Position numbers and translations under genes: made by a program. 64,000 nucleotides of DNA from NCBI GenBank assembly GCA_003220225.1, contig QHRU01000040.1:19666-83665 (forward strand). Reading direction: 5' to 3'. Shown here one piece after another: positions 18,274-27,565 of this stretch. Positions within the stretch are counted from its first letter, which is position 1. The number at the start of each line of letters is the position of its first letter. This stretch comes from Candidatus Rokuibacteriota bacterium (GTDB lineage: Bacteria; Methylomirabilota; Methylomirabilia; Rokubacteriales; CSP1-6). Under the pieces are notes generated by a model that was not told the DNA's origin, did not search any database, and was given only the letters and a program-made list of their open reading frames with translations.

Positions 18274-20439
18274 TCAGGGGCCCGGATTGCACTTCCCGCC
18301 GTCGCCAGGCTGATTGCAGACATCGCTCGCGACCGCTTGCGCGATCAGGGCATCGCGGTCTGCCGCGAGCAGGTACCCTTGATTGAAGGCGTTGTTCGCG
18401 GCCGCCGTCACCGCGGCGACGTACCCGGCGTGGGTGCCGTAGCGCTCTTCCAGCGACAGGCGCGGATCGCCCGCGGCGAGCCGCTGCGCCTTGGTCTTGA
18501 AGAACGGCACCATGCCGCCCACGTAGTTGCAGACCTGTCCGGCGTGGAACGGCCTGCCGTCGTAGGCCGCGCGGCCCGGACCCGATGTGATGTTCCAGCC
18601 GAGATAGGTGCCGAGCGGCGCGTCACGCTGGACGGTCGGCACACCGCCCAATTCGTTGCCGTCCGCATCCACACGCGGCACCATCATCTTGATGACGTGC
18701 AGGATCGGGGGCGGCGCGTTCGTCGGGGTCCCGGTCGCGTCGCTCTCGTTGAACTCGGGACCCCAGTCGTAATCGAAGACCGGGAAGATGAAGTTCTCCG
18801 GCAGGAAGACCGAATCCGGAATGCCGGGCACGCCGCTCGGGAATCCCATGGCGGCCTTGGTCGGCTCGACCAGGGTCTTCTTCGCCAGCGTCGGCCACTG
18901 GCTCGGCGGCGGATCCACGCCGAGCATCACCCAGTCGCGCAAGGCGACCCGCATCCGATTGACCAGCCCGGTCGCGGGCACGGGATTCGCCAGCAACGTA
19001 CCTGTTCCCCAGTTGTTGCCGGGGCACCCGACGACGTTCTTCGGCGGATTTTCGGTGGTCGTCCCATTGCCGCCGCCGTGCGTCGAACTGGGCAGGTAGT
19101 AGCGGCGGACGTTCTTCGGCACTGGAATGTCGTTCTTCGCCGAGGTGCCGACCCAGGAGGTCGTCATCTTCAGCGCAAACACCTCGGCGCCGCCGAACGT
19201 CTCGACGATCTTCGGGCACGTCTTGGTCGCTTCACAGCGGTCGAGGATGCCCGCCGGGTGCAGACCGCGGACCGTGTCGGGGAACTGGTGCCACCACTGG
19301 GGACCTTCGCTGCCCATCTGGTAGAGCTCGAGCACGCCATCCGGCTGGCCCCAGCGGGAATTGTTGGCGACGCGACGACCCGCGATGAGCGGCCACGCGC
19401 CGTCGTGGACGATGCGTCCCTGTTCGTCCTGGTTCATGCCGAGATGGATGAAGTGCCGTGTGAAGTTGCCGGACTGCGACGACCCACGAATGATCGCCCA
19501 CTTGATGCTGCCCGCGAGCGGGTTCGGTGTGCCGAAGTCGTCATTGGGCTCATACCTGAAAAAGGACGCGACGTCGCGGAACGCTGCCGTGCCCGCGCCC
19601 AGGACGTACGGGTCCGTGACGGTGTAGACCAGCTGGTAGAGCTTCGTCGCATCGAAGCCGTCCTTCAGGCACAGCCGCACCGGTAGCGTGGTGACCGGCG
19701 TCGGCGCCGCGAACGTGCCACCGCCGCAGAAGTTCCAGTCGCTGTTCGGGATGGTGGATCCCTCGGTCACGATGCCGGTGATCGTCTCGTGCAGGTGCGT
19801 GGTCAGCGTCGCTCCGGCGTTGTTCGTGGGGTCGACCGGGAAATACGGAATCGGATTGCCCATCACGTTCAGCGGCTGCGCCCCGAGGCCGCTGCGATTG
19901 ATGATGCGGCCGACGATGTGTCCGGTCACGCCCGTGAGCACCGGCACCTTCACCCACTCATTGCTGCTCGGGGTGACCGGGGCAAGCGTCGATGCATTTG
20001 CGGGGACGATCGTCGCGGGCGCGGTCACCGGGTTCGCGCCGGCGTTGTCACCCTGCCAGCCGCTGCTCAAGCCGACGTCGCTCAGGTTACGCAGATCCGG
20101 CGTGATGGTGATCCGGCCGCCGCGGTTCGGCACGTCGTGCCACATCAGCCCGCTCGCCCGCGACATGTCGACGGGCTTGACGATGAAGAAGCTGGCGACG
20201 TACCCGACCTTGCCGTTGACCCGTGGGGCCAGGTCGATGTCCGTGATGAGCGTGTTGAGCGGATCGCTCGGATCCAGCTCGCCGAACGCGCGCCCGGTCA
20301 GCCTCTCGTAGGGAATGTTCTGACCGGTCAGGGGCTCGGTCTTGTCGATGATGATTCTCGTCACGCGGGCGTGCGCCGCCGGCGCCCACGCGAGGACCGC
20401 GACCACGACGAGCATGAACCACGTCGCTCGATGTCTCAT
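18274..20439 (-). CDS. Secreted alpha/beta-hydrolase-domain protein
   Basis: Signal peptide (AxA), GSSQSG nucleophile-like motif, VPNRG, DADGNELGG and DPRLSLEERY. Confidence 0.72.
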   Translation of the reverse strand: MRHRATWFMLVVVAVLAWAPAAHARVTRIIIDKTEPLTGQNIPYERLTGRAFGELDPSDPLNTLITDIDLAPRVNGKVGYVASFFIVKPVDMSRASGLMWHDVPNRGGRITITPDLRNLSDVGLSSGWQGDNAGANPVTAPATIVPANASTLAPVTPSSNEWVKVPVLTGVTGHIVGRIINRSGLGAQPLNVMGNPIPYFPVDPTNNAGATLTTHLHETITGIVTEGSTIPNSDWNFCGGGTFAAPTPVTTLPVRLCLKDGFDATKLYQLVYTVTDPYVLGAGTAAFRDVASFFRYEPNDDFGTPNPLAGSIKWAIIRGSSQSGNFTRHFIHLGMNQDEQGRIVHDGAWPLIAGRRVANNSRWGQPDGVLELYQMGSEGPQWWHQFPDTVRGLHPAGILDRCEATKTCPKIVETFGGAEVFALKMTTSWVGTSAKNDIPVPKNVRRYYLPSSTHGGGNGTTTENPPKNVVGCPGNNWGTGTLLANPVPATGLVNRMRVALRDWVMLGVDPPPSQWPTLAKKTLVEPTKAAMGFPSGVPGIPDSVFLPENFIFPVFDYDWGPEFNESDATGTPTNAPPPILHVIKMMVPRVDADGNELGGVPTVQRDAPLGTYLGWNITSGPGRAAYDGRPFHAGQVCNYVGGMVPFFKTKAQRLAAGDPRLSLEERYGTHAGYVAAVTAAANNAFNQGYLLAADRDALIAQAVASDVCNQPGDGGKCNPGP

Positions 20440-20464
20440 GCGCGTCTCTCCTCGGGCCGCAGCC

Positions 20465-22627
20465 CTAGTCGTCGTCTCTCTCGTCGTCCCTGTCGTCCCC
20501 GTGGTGTTCGTTCTTGTCGCCGCAGAGCGGCACCGGGGACACGGCGGGCGGCGGGCCCGGCGGCGCGGGCACGCCCTGGGCCAGTCCCAGCGCGATCAGT
20601 CGCGCGTACTCGCTGGCAGTGTCCTCGCACAGCATCAGGCGATCCTCGACCATCTCCCTGATCGCGTGGGCCACCCGGTGCTGGTACTGCTCGAACGTCG
20701 GATAGCGCTCCTCGACCGACTGGCGCGGATCGCCGGAAGCCAGGCGGTCGGCTTTGGTCTTCGGGAACGGGACGAACTGGCCCGCGCTCTCGCAGCCGTC
20801 GTTGGCCTGGGGGCCGGCCCGCAGCGCCCAGCCAGTATACGTGGCGATCGGCACGGTGACATCGACCAGACGCACGCCTGCGATGTCGTTGCCGTCGCGG
20901 TCGGTCTTCGGGATGAAGCTCGGATAGATCGGTCCGTTGTGCGGATTGTCCTCGTACGGCGGCGTGATCAGGGGCGGGTTGACCGTCGCAATACCGGTGT
21001 CGTAGTAGTGCGGCCCGTAGTCGAGCAGATAGCGCGTCGTCTTGAGACCGGTGTAGGTGACGCCCGGAATGCTGGGGAAGCCCATGCCCGCCTGCGGCAG
21101 CGGCGGCACCAGGGTCTTGTCGTGAAGCCTCGGCACCCGGCTGCGCGGCGGCTTCGTGTGCTCGGTCGCCCACTCGTCCAGTGCGACGAACAGGGCGCGC
21201 TGCACCGGCGCGGAGTTCAGCGGATTCAGGAACTGCTGGCAGTTGCCCTTCGACGCGCTGTTGCCGGTGCCGTGCTGGTGGCTGGAGATCAGGTAGTTGC
21301 GCGTGAACCGCGACTCGTGGAGGTCCCTGGTGCCCTGAGAATTGGTGTGCAGGAGCGAGGCGGCCTTCACCCAGTACTCGTTGGCCGAGTAGATCTCCAC
21401 GCCGTACGGGCAGGTGCCGGTCTCCTTGCAGCGCGCGTACCGGCTATCTGTCTTGCCCGTGATCGGATCGTGTGTCTTCACGTTGGCGAACGGAAAGACC
21501 CCCTCGGCGTAGAGATGATCCTGGCGGTTGCGCTCGGTGCGGCCCGGCTGCGAGAACCGGTAGTTCATGTTGATGCCGTCGCCCGCCGCGATCCACTGCA
21601 TCAGGCCGTCGAACACCTTCTTGCCGTTCTCGGCCTGGTTGAAGCCGAGGTGCCGGAAGTCGTTGAGCAGCCGTCCGGGCTGCGAGACGACTTCCGTGTA
21701 GATCCGCTGGATGTCCCCCTTCAACGGATTGGGCGTGCCGAAGTCGTCGGCCGCCTCGTACCGCAGCCAGGCGTTCCAGTCCCGGATGGCGGCGAATCCC
21801 AGCCCGTTCACGGACGGGTCGTTGGCCGTGTACGAGAACTCGTAGATGTCGTTCGCGACCCAGCCTGCCGGGACCAGGTTGATCGTCGTTCCGCTCGCGT
21901 TGTACGTCCAACCCGTCGCGGGAATCACCGCGGGCACGTCGTTCAGGTGAACGCGATGGGTCAACGTCGCCTTGCTCTTGTCGAGCGTGGCCGCCGGATA
22001 GTTGAGCGGGAACGCGGCCGTTCCCGACATCACGATGTACTCGTACGCCGGCCCGGTGATCGACGAGCCATCGGCGTTCTTGGCGATCGGCAGCGTGATC
22101 GTCGTGTTGAAGCCCGCAGTGCTGGTGCCCGCCGCCTTGTCCCAGCCGCTCCACACCATCGTGTAGCCGCGCGGCATCAGGAAGGCGTTTGCCAGCACGG
22201 TCGGGTCCGTGACCGAGCCGGGGTCGTTGCCGCCGGGCATGCGACCGAAGTTTCCCCACGTTTTGCCGCCGCGGTTCGGCGGCTCGTACATCACCTTGTG
22301 CGCGCCGCGACTGAGGTCGATCGGCTTGAGGATGTAGAAGTCGAACGAGTACTCGACCTTGCCGCCGGCGTTCCGCGGCGCGAGCTGGATGTCCACGATC
22401 ACGGCGTTCTTCGTGTCGAAGGGATCGACCTCGCCGAACGCCTTGCCGACGACCTTCTCGTACTGTCCGACGCCCGGCCACGAATAGCCGCCAAACGTCG
22501 GCGATTCGGTGGCCGTGACCTGGATCCTGACGATGCGGGCGTCGGCGGTGCCGGGCGAGCCGCACACGGCAAGCAGGGCGAGGATCGCGAGCAGACAGGA
22601 AGCCGTCCAGCGCGTTCGTGCGTTCAT
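20465..22627 (-). CDS. Secreted alpha/beta-hydrolase-domain protein (paralog of the adjacent gene)
   Basis: Signal peptide, PPNRGG, VSQPG, DRDGNDIAG and DPRQSVEERY. Confidence 0.72.
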   Translation of the reverse strand: MNARTRWTASCLLAILALLAVCGSPGTADARIVRIQVTATESPTFGGYSWPGVGQYEKVVGKAFGEVDPFDTKNAVIVDIQLAPRNAGGKVEYSFDFYILKPIDLSRGAHKVMYEPPNRGGKTWGNFGRMPGGNDPGSVTDPTVLANAFLMPRGYTMVWSGWDKAAGTSTAGFNTTITLPIAKNADGSSITGPAYEYIVMSGTAAFPLNYPAATLDKSKATLTHRVHLNDVPAVIPATGWTYNASGTTINLVPAGWVANDIYEFSYTANDPSVNGLGFAAIRDWNAWLRYEAADDFGTPNPLKGDIQRIYTEVVSQPGRLLNDFRHLGFNQAENGKKVFDGLMQWIAAGDGINMNYRFSQPGRTERNRQDHLYAEGVFPFANVKTHDPITGKTDSRYARCKETGTCPYGVEIYSANEYWVKAASLLHTNSQGTRDLHESRFTRNYLISSHQHGTGNSASKGNCQQFLNPLNSAPVQRALFVALDEWATEHTKPPRSRVPRLHDKTLVPPLPQAGMGFPSIPGVTYTGLKTTRYLLDYGPHYYDTGIATVNPPLITPPYEDNPHNGPIYPSFIPKTDRDGNDIAGVRLVDVTVPIATYTGWALRAGPQANDGCESAGQFVPFPKTKADRLASGDPRQSVEERYPTFEQYQHRVAHAIREMVEDRLMLCEDTASEYARLIALGLAQGVPAPPGPPPAVSPVPLCGDKNEHHGDDRDDERDDD

Positions 22628-22702
22628 TCACGTTCTCCTCAGCGCGAGGGGCTCCGCTCAGCGCGCGCCGGGAGAGTGCACCGGCCGCCGGCGTTCAGGC
22701 AA

Positions 22703-22737
22703 TTGAATATTTGTTATTGCAGTCATATAGTCCCGCT
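22703..22737 (+). promoter_or_regulatory. lysR promoter (probably leaderless) with a T-N11-A LysR box
   Basis: TTGAAT(22703)-17 bp-TATAGT(22726), with ATG 7 nt after the -10. TTAT-N7-ATAT at 22714-22728. AT-rich patch in a GC-rich genome. Confidence 0.6.
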
Positions 22738-23643
22738 ATGAATTTCACCCTCCGTGAGCTCGAGGCGTTTCTGGGCGTCGCCCGTCTCGGAAACTTCACC
22801 CGTGCCGCCAAGGCGCTGAACATGTCGCAGCCCGCGCTCACCGTCCGCATCCGCCATCTCGAGGAGGCGCTCGGCGTGCGGCTGCTCGATCGCACCACGC
22901 GCTCCGTGGCGCTGACGCAGATCGGGCGCGAGTTCCTGCCGGTCGTCGCGCGCGTGCTGGGCGAGATCGACGCGGTGGCCGTCAATGCCCGCGACGTCGC
23001 GGGACGGCGACGCGGCGTCGTCACCGTCGCCGCCCTGCCGTCCGCGGCGTCGACGCTGCTGCCCGCGATCATCGCGGCCTTCAAAGCCCGCCACCGCGGC
23101 ATCGTCGTGCGGCTGCGTGACGGTGTCGCGCAGCGCGTGACGGCGCTCGTGAAGTCGGGCGAAGCCGACTTCGGGATCGGCAGCCCGACGAAGCGCGACC
23201 CCGAGCTGCGGTGCTCGCCGCTCCTGTCCGACCCGATGAGTGCGGTCTTTCCGCCGGGGCACCCGTTCGAGCAGCGTGCCGCGGTGCGCCTGGAAGATCT
23301 GCTGACGGTGCCGCTCATCCTCATGGACAGCGAATACAGCGTTCGCACGCTGGTCGACCAGGCGTTCGAGTCGATCGGCAAAGGGGTCGCGCCCGCCTAC
23401 GAGGCGAGCTACGTGTCCACGGCGCTCGGGCTCGTCAAGGCCGGCCTGGGCGTCGCGGTGCTCGCGTACTCGGCCGCCGACGAGGCCGCCACGCAGGCGG
23501 CCGCGCTCCGGGCGCGCGTCATCGAGCATCCGATGCTCGTCCGCGAGATCAGTCTCATCGAGAGCACGAGGCGCTCGCTGTCGCCGGCCGCGCAGCAGTT
23601 CCTCGAGGCGGTGCGCCAGGGGGCGCCGCGGCGGATCGCGTGA
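22738..23643 (+). CDS. LysR-family transcriptional regulator
   Basis: FTRAAKALNMSQPALT...LEEALGVRLLDRTTRSVALT. Confidence 0.95.
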   Translation: MNFTLRELEAFLGVARLGNFTRAAKALNMSQPALTVRIRHLEEALGVRLLDRTTRSVALTQIGREFLPVVARVLGEIDAVAVNARDVAGRRRGVVTVAALPSAASTLLPAIIAAFKARHRGIVVRLRDGVAQRVTALVKSGEADFGIGSPTKRDPELRCSPLLSDPMSAVFPPGHPFEQRAAVRLEDLLTVPLILMDSEYSVRTLVDQAFESIGKGVAPAYEASYVSTALGLVKAGLGVAVLAYSAADEAATQAAALRARVIEHPMLVREISLIESTRRSLSPAAQQFLEAVRQGAPRRIA

Positions 23644-23716
23644 GCGCGATTTGCGGGCCGTCGGCGCATCGGCTACACTCGCTGAACAGCGGTTCATTCG
23701 CCCCGGAGGCCAACGC

Positions 23717-24472
23717 ATGGATCGACCGATCGCCTACGACAAGCTCGCGCGCGAGGACCGCTTCGTGCGCATGCGTGCGCGCGAGGTCGGCGAGCTGAAG
23801 GTCGAGCAGGGTCTGCCGCCGTTCCCCGACCTCGCGAGCCGAGAGTCCATTCGCGAGCGCGTGCACGGCATCATGGTCGGCGAGCTCCAGGCGATGGAGG
23901 GCGCCGGCCGCACCGTCTACGACTTCCCGGAGGCGCCGTGGGAGTTCACGCTGGACATGGCGCGGCAGGTGTGGGACGAGTCGCGCCACGTCGAGACCTA
24001 CCTCGGCCTGCTCGAGCACCTCGGCGGCCGGGTGGGCGAGTTCCCGGAGTCCACCATCCTCTGGCGCTGCGCGTGCGCGGAAGACGCCGCCGCCCGCGTG
24101 GCCGGCGTCAACCGCGGTCTCGAGGGCCTGGCGTGCGACGTCTTCAACCAGCTCATTCACATCGCGCAGAAGATCGGCGATCCGATCATCGAGAAGTCGG
24201 TGGACTACGTGCTGGCCGACGAGATCACGCACGTGCGCATGGGCTCGCGCTGGCTCAACGAGCTGACGCGCGGCGACGCCGAGCGCCGGCGCAAGGCCAT
24301 CGAGTTTCAGGAGACGATCGACGAGCGCTTCAACCTGGGCGGCAGCCGCCAGGACGGCCACCACGAGGTGGTGCCGATCTCGATCGCCAAGGAGGCGCGC
24401 AAGCTCGCGGGCTTCACCGACGAGGAGATCGAGCGGCTCATCAAGAGCACGCAGCGCTCGCAGGTGTATTGA
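23717..24472 (+). CDS. Ferritin-like diiron protein (DUF455-like)
   Basis: Four-helix ligand pattern GELQA...DESRH...LEGLACD...DEITH. Confidence 0.75.
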   Translation: MDRPIAYDKLAREDRFVRMRAREVGELKVEQGLPPFPDLASRESIRERVHGIMVGELQAMEGAGRTVYDFPEAPWEFTLDMARQVWDESRHVETYLGLLEHLGGRVGEFPESTILWRCACAEDAAARVAGVNRGLEGLACDVFNQLIHIAQKIGDPIIEKSVDYVLADEITHVRMGSRWLNELTRGDAERRRKAIEFQETIDERFNLGGSRQDGHHEVVPISIAKEARKLAGFTDEEIERLIKSTQRSQVY

Positions 24473-25452
24473 GCTCCCACCACCTCGCGGGCCACTTCTC
24501 CGTCGACGACTCCGCGCGGCGGATCCGCAACTACCGGTACGCCGAGGAGCGCATGATGCGCGTGCTCGGCGGCTGGATCGCGCTGACGCCCGAGCTGCCC
24601 GCCAAGCTGCTGTTCGGCCGCCACGTGTGGGACTGCGCCCAGCACGCGGATCTCTGGGGACGGCGGCTGCCCGAGCTGCGCGCGGCGGCGCACGAATCGG
24701 AGCCGGCGAACGACGCGATGGTCGCCTTCACGGAGATGCTCGAGAGTCCGGAGGGTCCGCGGCAGACGCTCGAGCGCATCGTCGGCGTCTACGCCGTGCT
24801 CAAGCCGCACCTCGTGACGGTCTACGCGCGTCACCTCGCGTCGACGAACGCCGTGTACGAGCCGCCGACCCGGCGCATCCTGACCCGCTGCCTGGAGGAG
24901 GAGCGGCGCCACGCCGCCGCCGGCGCGATCGTGCTCGACCGGCTCGCGCGCGACGCCGCCGGCCGCGCGCGCGTCGCCGACTGCGCGCGGCGCCTGCTCG
25001 CGGCGCTCGAGAAGGCCGGCGGCGTCACGGGCGACGCGCCGGCGCCGCTCGTGGACCCCGCGCTGCTCGACGTGGCCCCCGAGATCGTCGCTCCCGATCT
25101 CGTCCAGGTTCCGCCGGACTTCGATCCCGCCGCGCTGTCCGCCGATCTCGCGTCCGCCGTGAACGACCATCGCGAGTCGCTGGAGTCGGGTGACGCCGCG
25201 GGCGCCGCGGAGTGGGTCGAGCCCGGGGCGCGCGACGCGCTGAGCGCAGCCTTCGCCCCCCTCGCGGGCGGGATCACCAGCACGCGCGTCGTCGGTCTCG
25301 CCGCGATCGGCCGCCAGCAGATGGTCAAGCTGCGGATCGAAAGCCCGCGCGCGATCGGCTTCGTCCAGCTCCGCTGGACGCAGACGACGTCGGGCTGGCG
25401 CATCGCCGCCGGCGACCTGGTCTCCACCGAGCCCGTCTCCGCCGCTCCCTGA
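24469..25452 (+). CDS. Degenerate ferritin-like protein with a C-terminal alpha/beta (NTF2-like?) domain
   Basis: TTG start overlapping the upstream stop; AEERM...WDCAQH...EEERRH. Confidence 0.6.
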   Translation: MSSHHLAGHFSVDDSARRIRNYRYAEERMMRVLGGWIALTPELPAKLLFGRHVWDCAQHADLWGRRLPELRAAAHESEPANDAMVAFTEMLESPEGPRQTLERIVGVYAVLKPHLVTVYARHLASTNAVYEPPTRRILTRCLEEERRHAAAGAIVLDRLARDAAGRARVADCARRLLAALEKAGGVTGDAPAPLVDPALLDVAPEIVAPDLVQVPPDFDPAALSADLASAVNDHRESLESGDAAGAAEWVEPGARDALSAAFAPLAGGITSTRVVGLAAIGRQQMVKLRIESPRAIGFVQLRWTQTTSGWRIAAGDLVSTEPVSAAP

Positions 25453-25454
25453 GC

Positions 25455-26801
25455 GTGTTCCGCACCGTCCTCGTCGCCAACCGCGGGGAGATCGCGCGTC
25501 GCATTGTCCGCGGCTGCCGCGCGCTGGGACTGCGCACCGTCGCCGTCTACTCCGAGGCCGATCGCGACGCGCCCCACGTGAAGGACGCGGATCACGCGGT
25601 GCTGCTCGGCCCGGCGCCGGCGCGCGAGTCGTACCTGAGCGTCGAGCGAATCCTCGCCGCGGCCCGCGAGTCGGGCGCCGAGGCGGTACATCCTGGTTAC
25701 GGCTTTCTCTCCGAGAGCTGGCGCTTCGCCGAGGCGTGCGCTCGGGCCGGGCTCACGTTCATCGGGCCCTCGGCGGAGGCGATCCGCGCGATGGGCGACA
25801 AGCCCGAGGCGCGCCGCCGCATGGCCGCCGCCGGCGTGCCGATCGTGCCCGGCAGCCCGGAGCCCGTCGCGGACGCCGCGAGCGCCGAGCGCGTCGCCGG
25901 CGGGCTCGGCTATCCGGTCATCCTCAAGGCGGCCGCCGGCGGCGGTGGCATCGGGATGGCGAAGGTGGCGTCGGCGGACGAGCTGGCGGGCGCGTTCGCC
26001 ACGGCGACCCGGCGCGCGCAGAGCGCGTTCGGCAGCGGCCAGGTCTACGTCGAGCGCTATCTCGAGGCGCCGCGCCACGTCGAGGTGCAGGTCTTCGGCG
26101 ACACGAAAGGCACCGTCGTGCACCTGCACGACCGCGAGTGCTCGATCCAGCGCCGCCACCAGAAGCTCGTCGAGGAATCGCCGGCGCCGAACCTCGACGC
26201 GCGCATCAGGCGCGGGCTGACCGAGGCCGCCGTCGCGGGCGCGCGCGCCATCGGCTACGTGAACGCCGGCACCCTCGAATTCCTCGTGGACGCCCAGGGC
26301 GGCTTCTATTTCCTGGAGATGAACACGCGGCTGCAGGTGGAGCACCCGGTCACCGAGGAGATCACCGGCCTCGACCTCGTCGCCGCGCAGCTGCGCGTGG
26401 CCGCCGGCGAGCCGCTGCCCTTCACGCAGGAGACGATCGAGCCGCGCGGCGCCGCCGTCGAGGTGCGCGTCTACGCGGAGGACCCGGCCAGGAATTTCCT
26501 GCCCTCGCCGGGCACGATCACGCGGCTGGCGCTGCCCGGGGGCGAGGGGATCCGGCTCGAGTCGGGTGTGGTCGAGGGCAGCGTCGTCTCCGTCCACTAC
26601 GACGCGCTGCTCTTCAAGCTCATCGCGCGCGGCGCCGACCGCGCCCAGGCGATCGAGCGTCTGGCGCGGGCGCTGGACACGTGCGTGGTGGAGGGCGTGA
26701 AGACCACGCTGCCGCTGCTCCGCACGATCACCGCGCATGCGGACTTTCGCCGCGGCCGCGTGCACACTCAGATGGTCGAACAAGGAGCGTTCCATGGCTG
26801 A
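25455..26801 (+). CDS. accC: Biotin carboxylase subunit
   Basis: ANRGEIA, HPGYGFLSE, GGGGIGM, RECSIQRRHQK and EMNTRLQVEHPVTE. Confidence 0.92.
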   Translation: MFRTVLVANRGEIARRIVRGCRALGLRTVAVYSEADRDAPHVKDADHAVLLGPAPARESYLSVERILAAARESGAEAVHPGYGFLSESWRFAEACARAGLTFIGPSAEAIRAMGDKPEARRRMAAAGVPIVPGSPEPVADAASAERVAGGLGYPVILKAAAGGGGIGMAKVASADELAGAFATATRRAQSAFGSGQVYVERYLEAPRHVEVQVFGDTKGTVVHLHDRECSIQRRHQKLVEESPAPNLDARIRRGLTEAAVAGARAIGYVNAGTLEFLVDAQGGFYFLEMNTRLQVEHPVTEEITGLDLVAAQLRVAAGEPLPFTQETIEPRGAAVEVRVYAEDPARNFLPSPGTITRLALPGGEGIRLESGVVEGSVVSVHYDALLFKLIARGADRAQAIERLARALDTCVVEGVKTTLPLLRTITAHADFRRGRVHTQMVEQGAFHG

Positions 26802-27009
26802 GGAGATCAAGGCGCACATCACCGGGGTCGTGTTCCAGGTGACCGCCAAGGTCGGCGACAAGGTCGCCGCCGGCGATCCCGTGATCGTGCTCGAGTCGAT
26901 GAAGATGGAGATCCCGGTGGAGGCGCCGCGCGCCGGCGCGGTCAAGGAGATCCGGGTGCGCGAGGGACAGACCGTGCAGGAGGGCGAGACGGTGGTGGTG
27001 CTGGAGTAG
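26794..27009 (+). CDS. Biotin carboxyl carrier protein (standalone biotinyl domain)
   Basis: LESMKME biotinylation motif; 71 aa. Confidence 0.9.
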   Translation: MAEEIKAHITGVVFQVTAKVGDKVAAGDPVIVLESMKMEIPVEAPRAGAVKEIRVREGQTVQEGETVVVLE

Positions 27010-27047
27010 CCATGAGCCTGGATGAGCGATCAGAGGAGGAGGGCACG

Positions 27048-27557
27048 ATGAGCGTGGGGATGATCCGCGATCTCTACGACTATCACCGCTGGGCGAACCG
27101 CCGGCTCTTCGACTTCGCCGCCGCGCTGGGCGAGCAGGCGTGCGCGCGGGACGTCGGCGCGCAGTTCAGCCACTCCAAGGTGACGCGGATGTTCGCGCAC
27201 CTGTACGGCGCCGACTGGGTGTGGCTGAGCCGCTGGAAGGGCACGTCGCCGACGAACCTGCCGGGGGCCGACCTGCCGACGATGGCCATCGTGCGCGCCA
27301 AGTGGGACGCGCTCGAGGCCGAGCAGCAAGCCTTCGTGGCCGCGCTGACGGAGGCCGACCTCTCGCGCGCGGTGGCGTACAAGAACACGGAGGGCAAGGC
27401 CTTCAGCGCGCCGCTCGGGCCGCTCCTGCAGCACGTCGCGAATCACGCGACCCACCATCGCAGCGAGATCGCTACCATGGTGACGATGCTCAGCGGCTCG
27501 CCGCCCGACACCGGCATCAACACCTGGATCCTGGCCCGGACGGGACAGATGCGCTAG
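27048..27557 (+). CDS. DinB/YfiT-family metalloprotein
   Basis: YHRWAN, AHL and HVANHATHHRSE; RBS GAGGAG upstream. Confidence 0.85.
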   Translation: MSVGMIRDLYDYHRWANRRLFDFAAALGEQACARDVGAQFSHSKVTRMFAHLYGADWVWLSRWKGTSPTNLPGADLPTMAIVRAKWDALEAEQQAFVAALTEADLSRAVAYKNTEGKAFSAPLGPLLQHVANHATHHRSEIATMVTMLSGSPPDTGINTWILARTGQMR

Positions 27558-27565
27558 GGATGGGG

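Noticed and set aside
27048..27557. Second 'DinB' as another DNA polymerase IV
   Set aside because: It belongs to the unrelated DinB/YfiT four-helix metalloprotein family.
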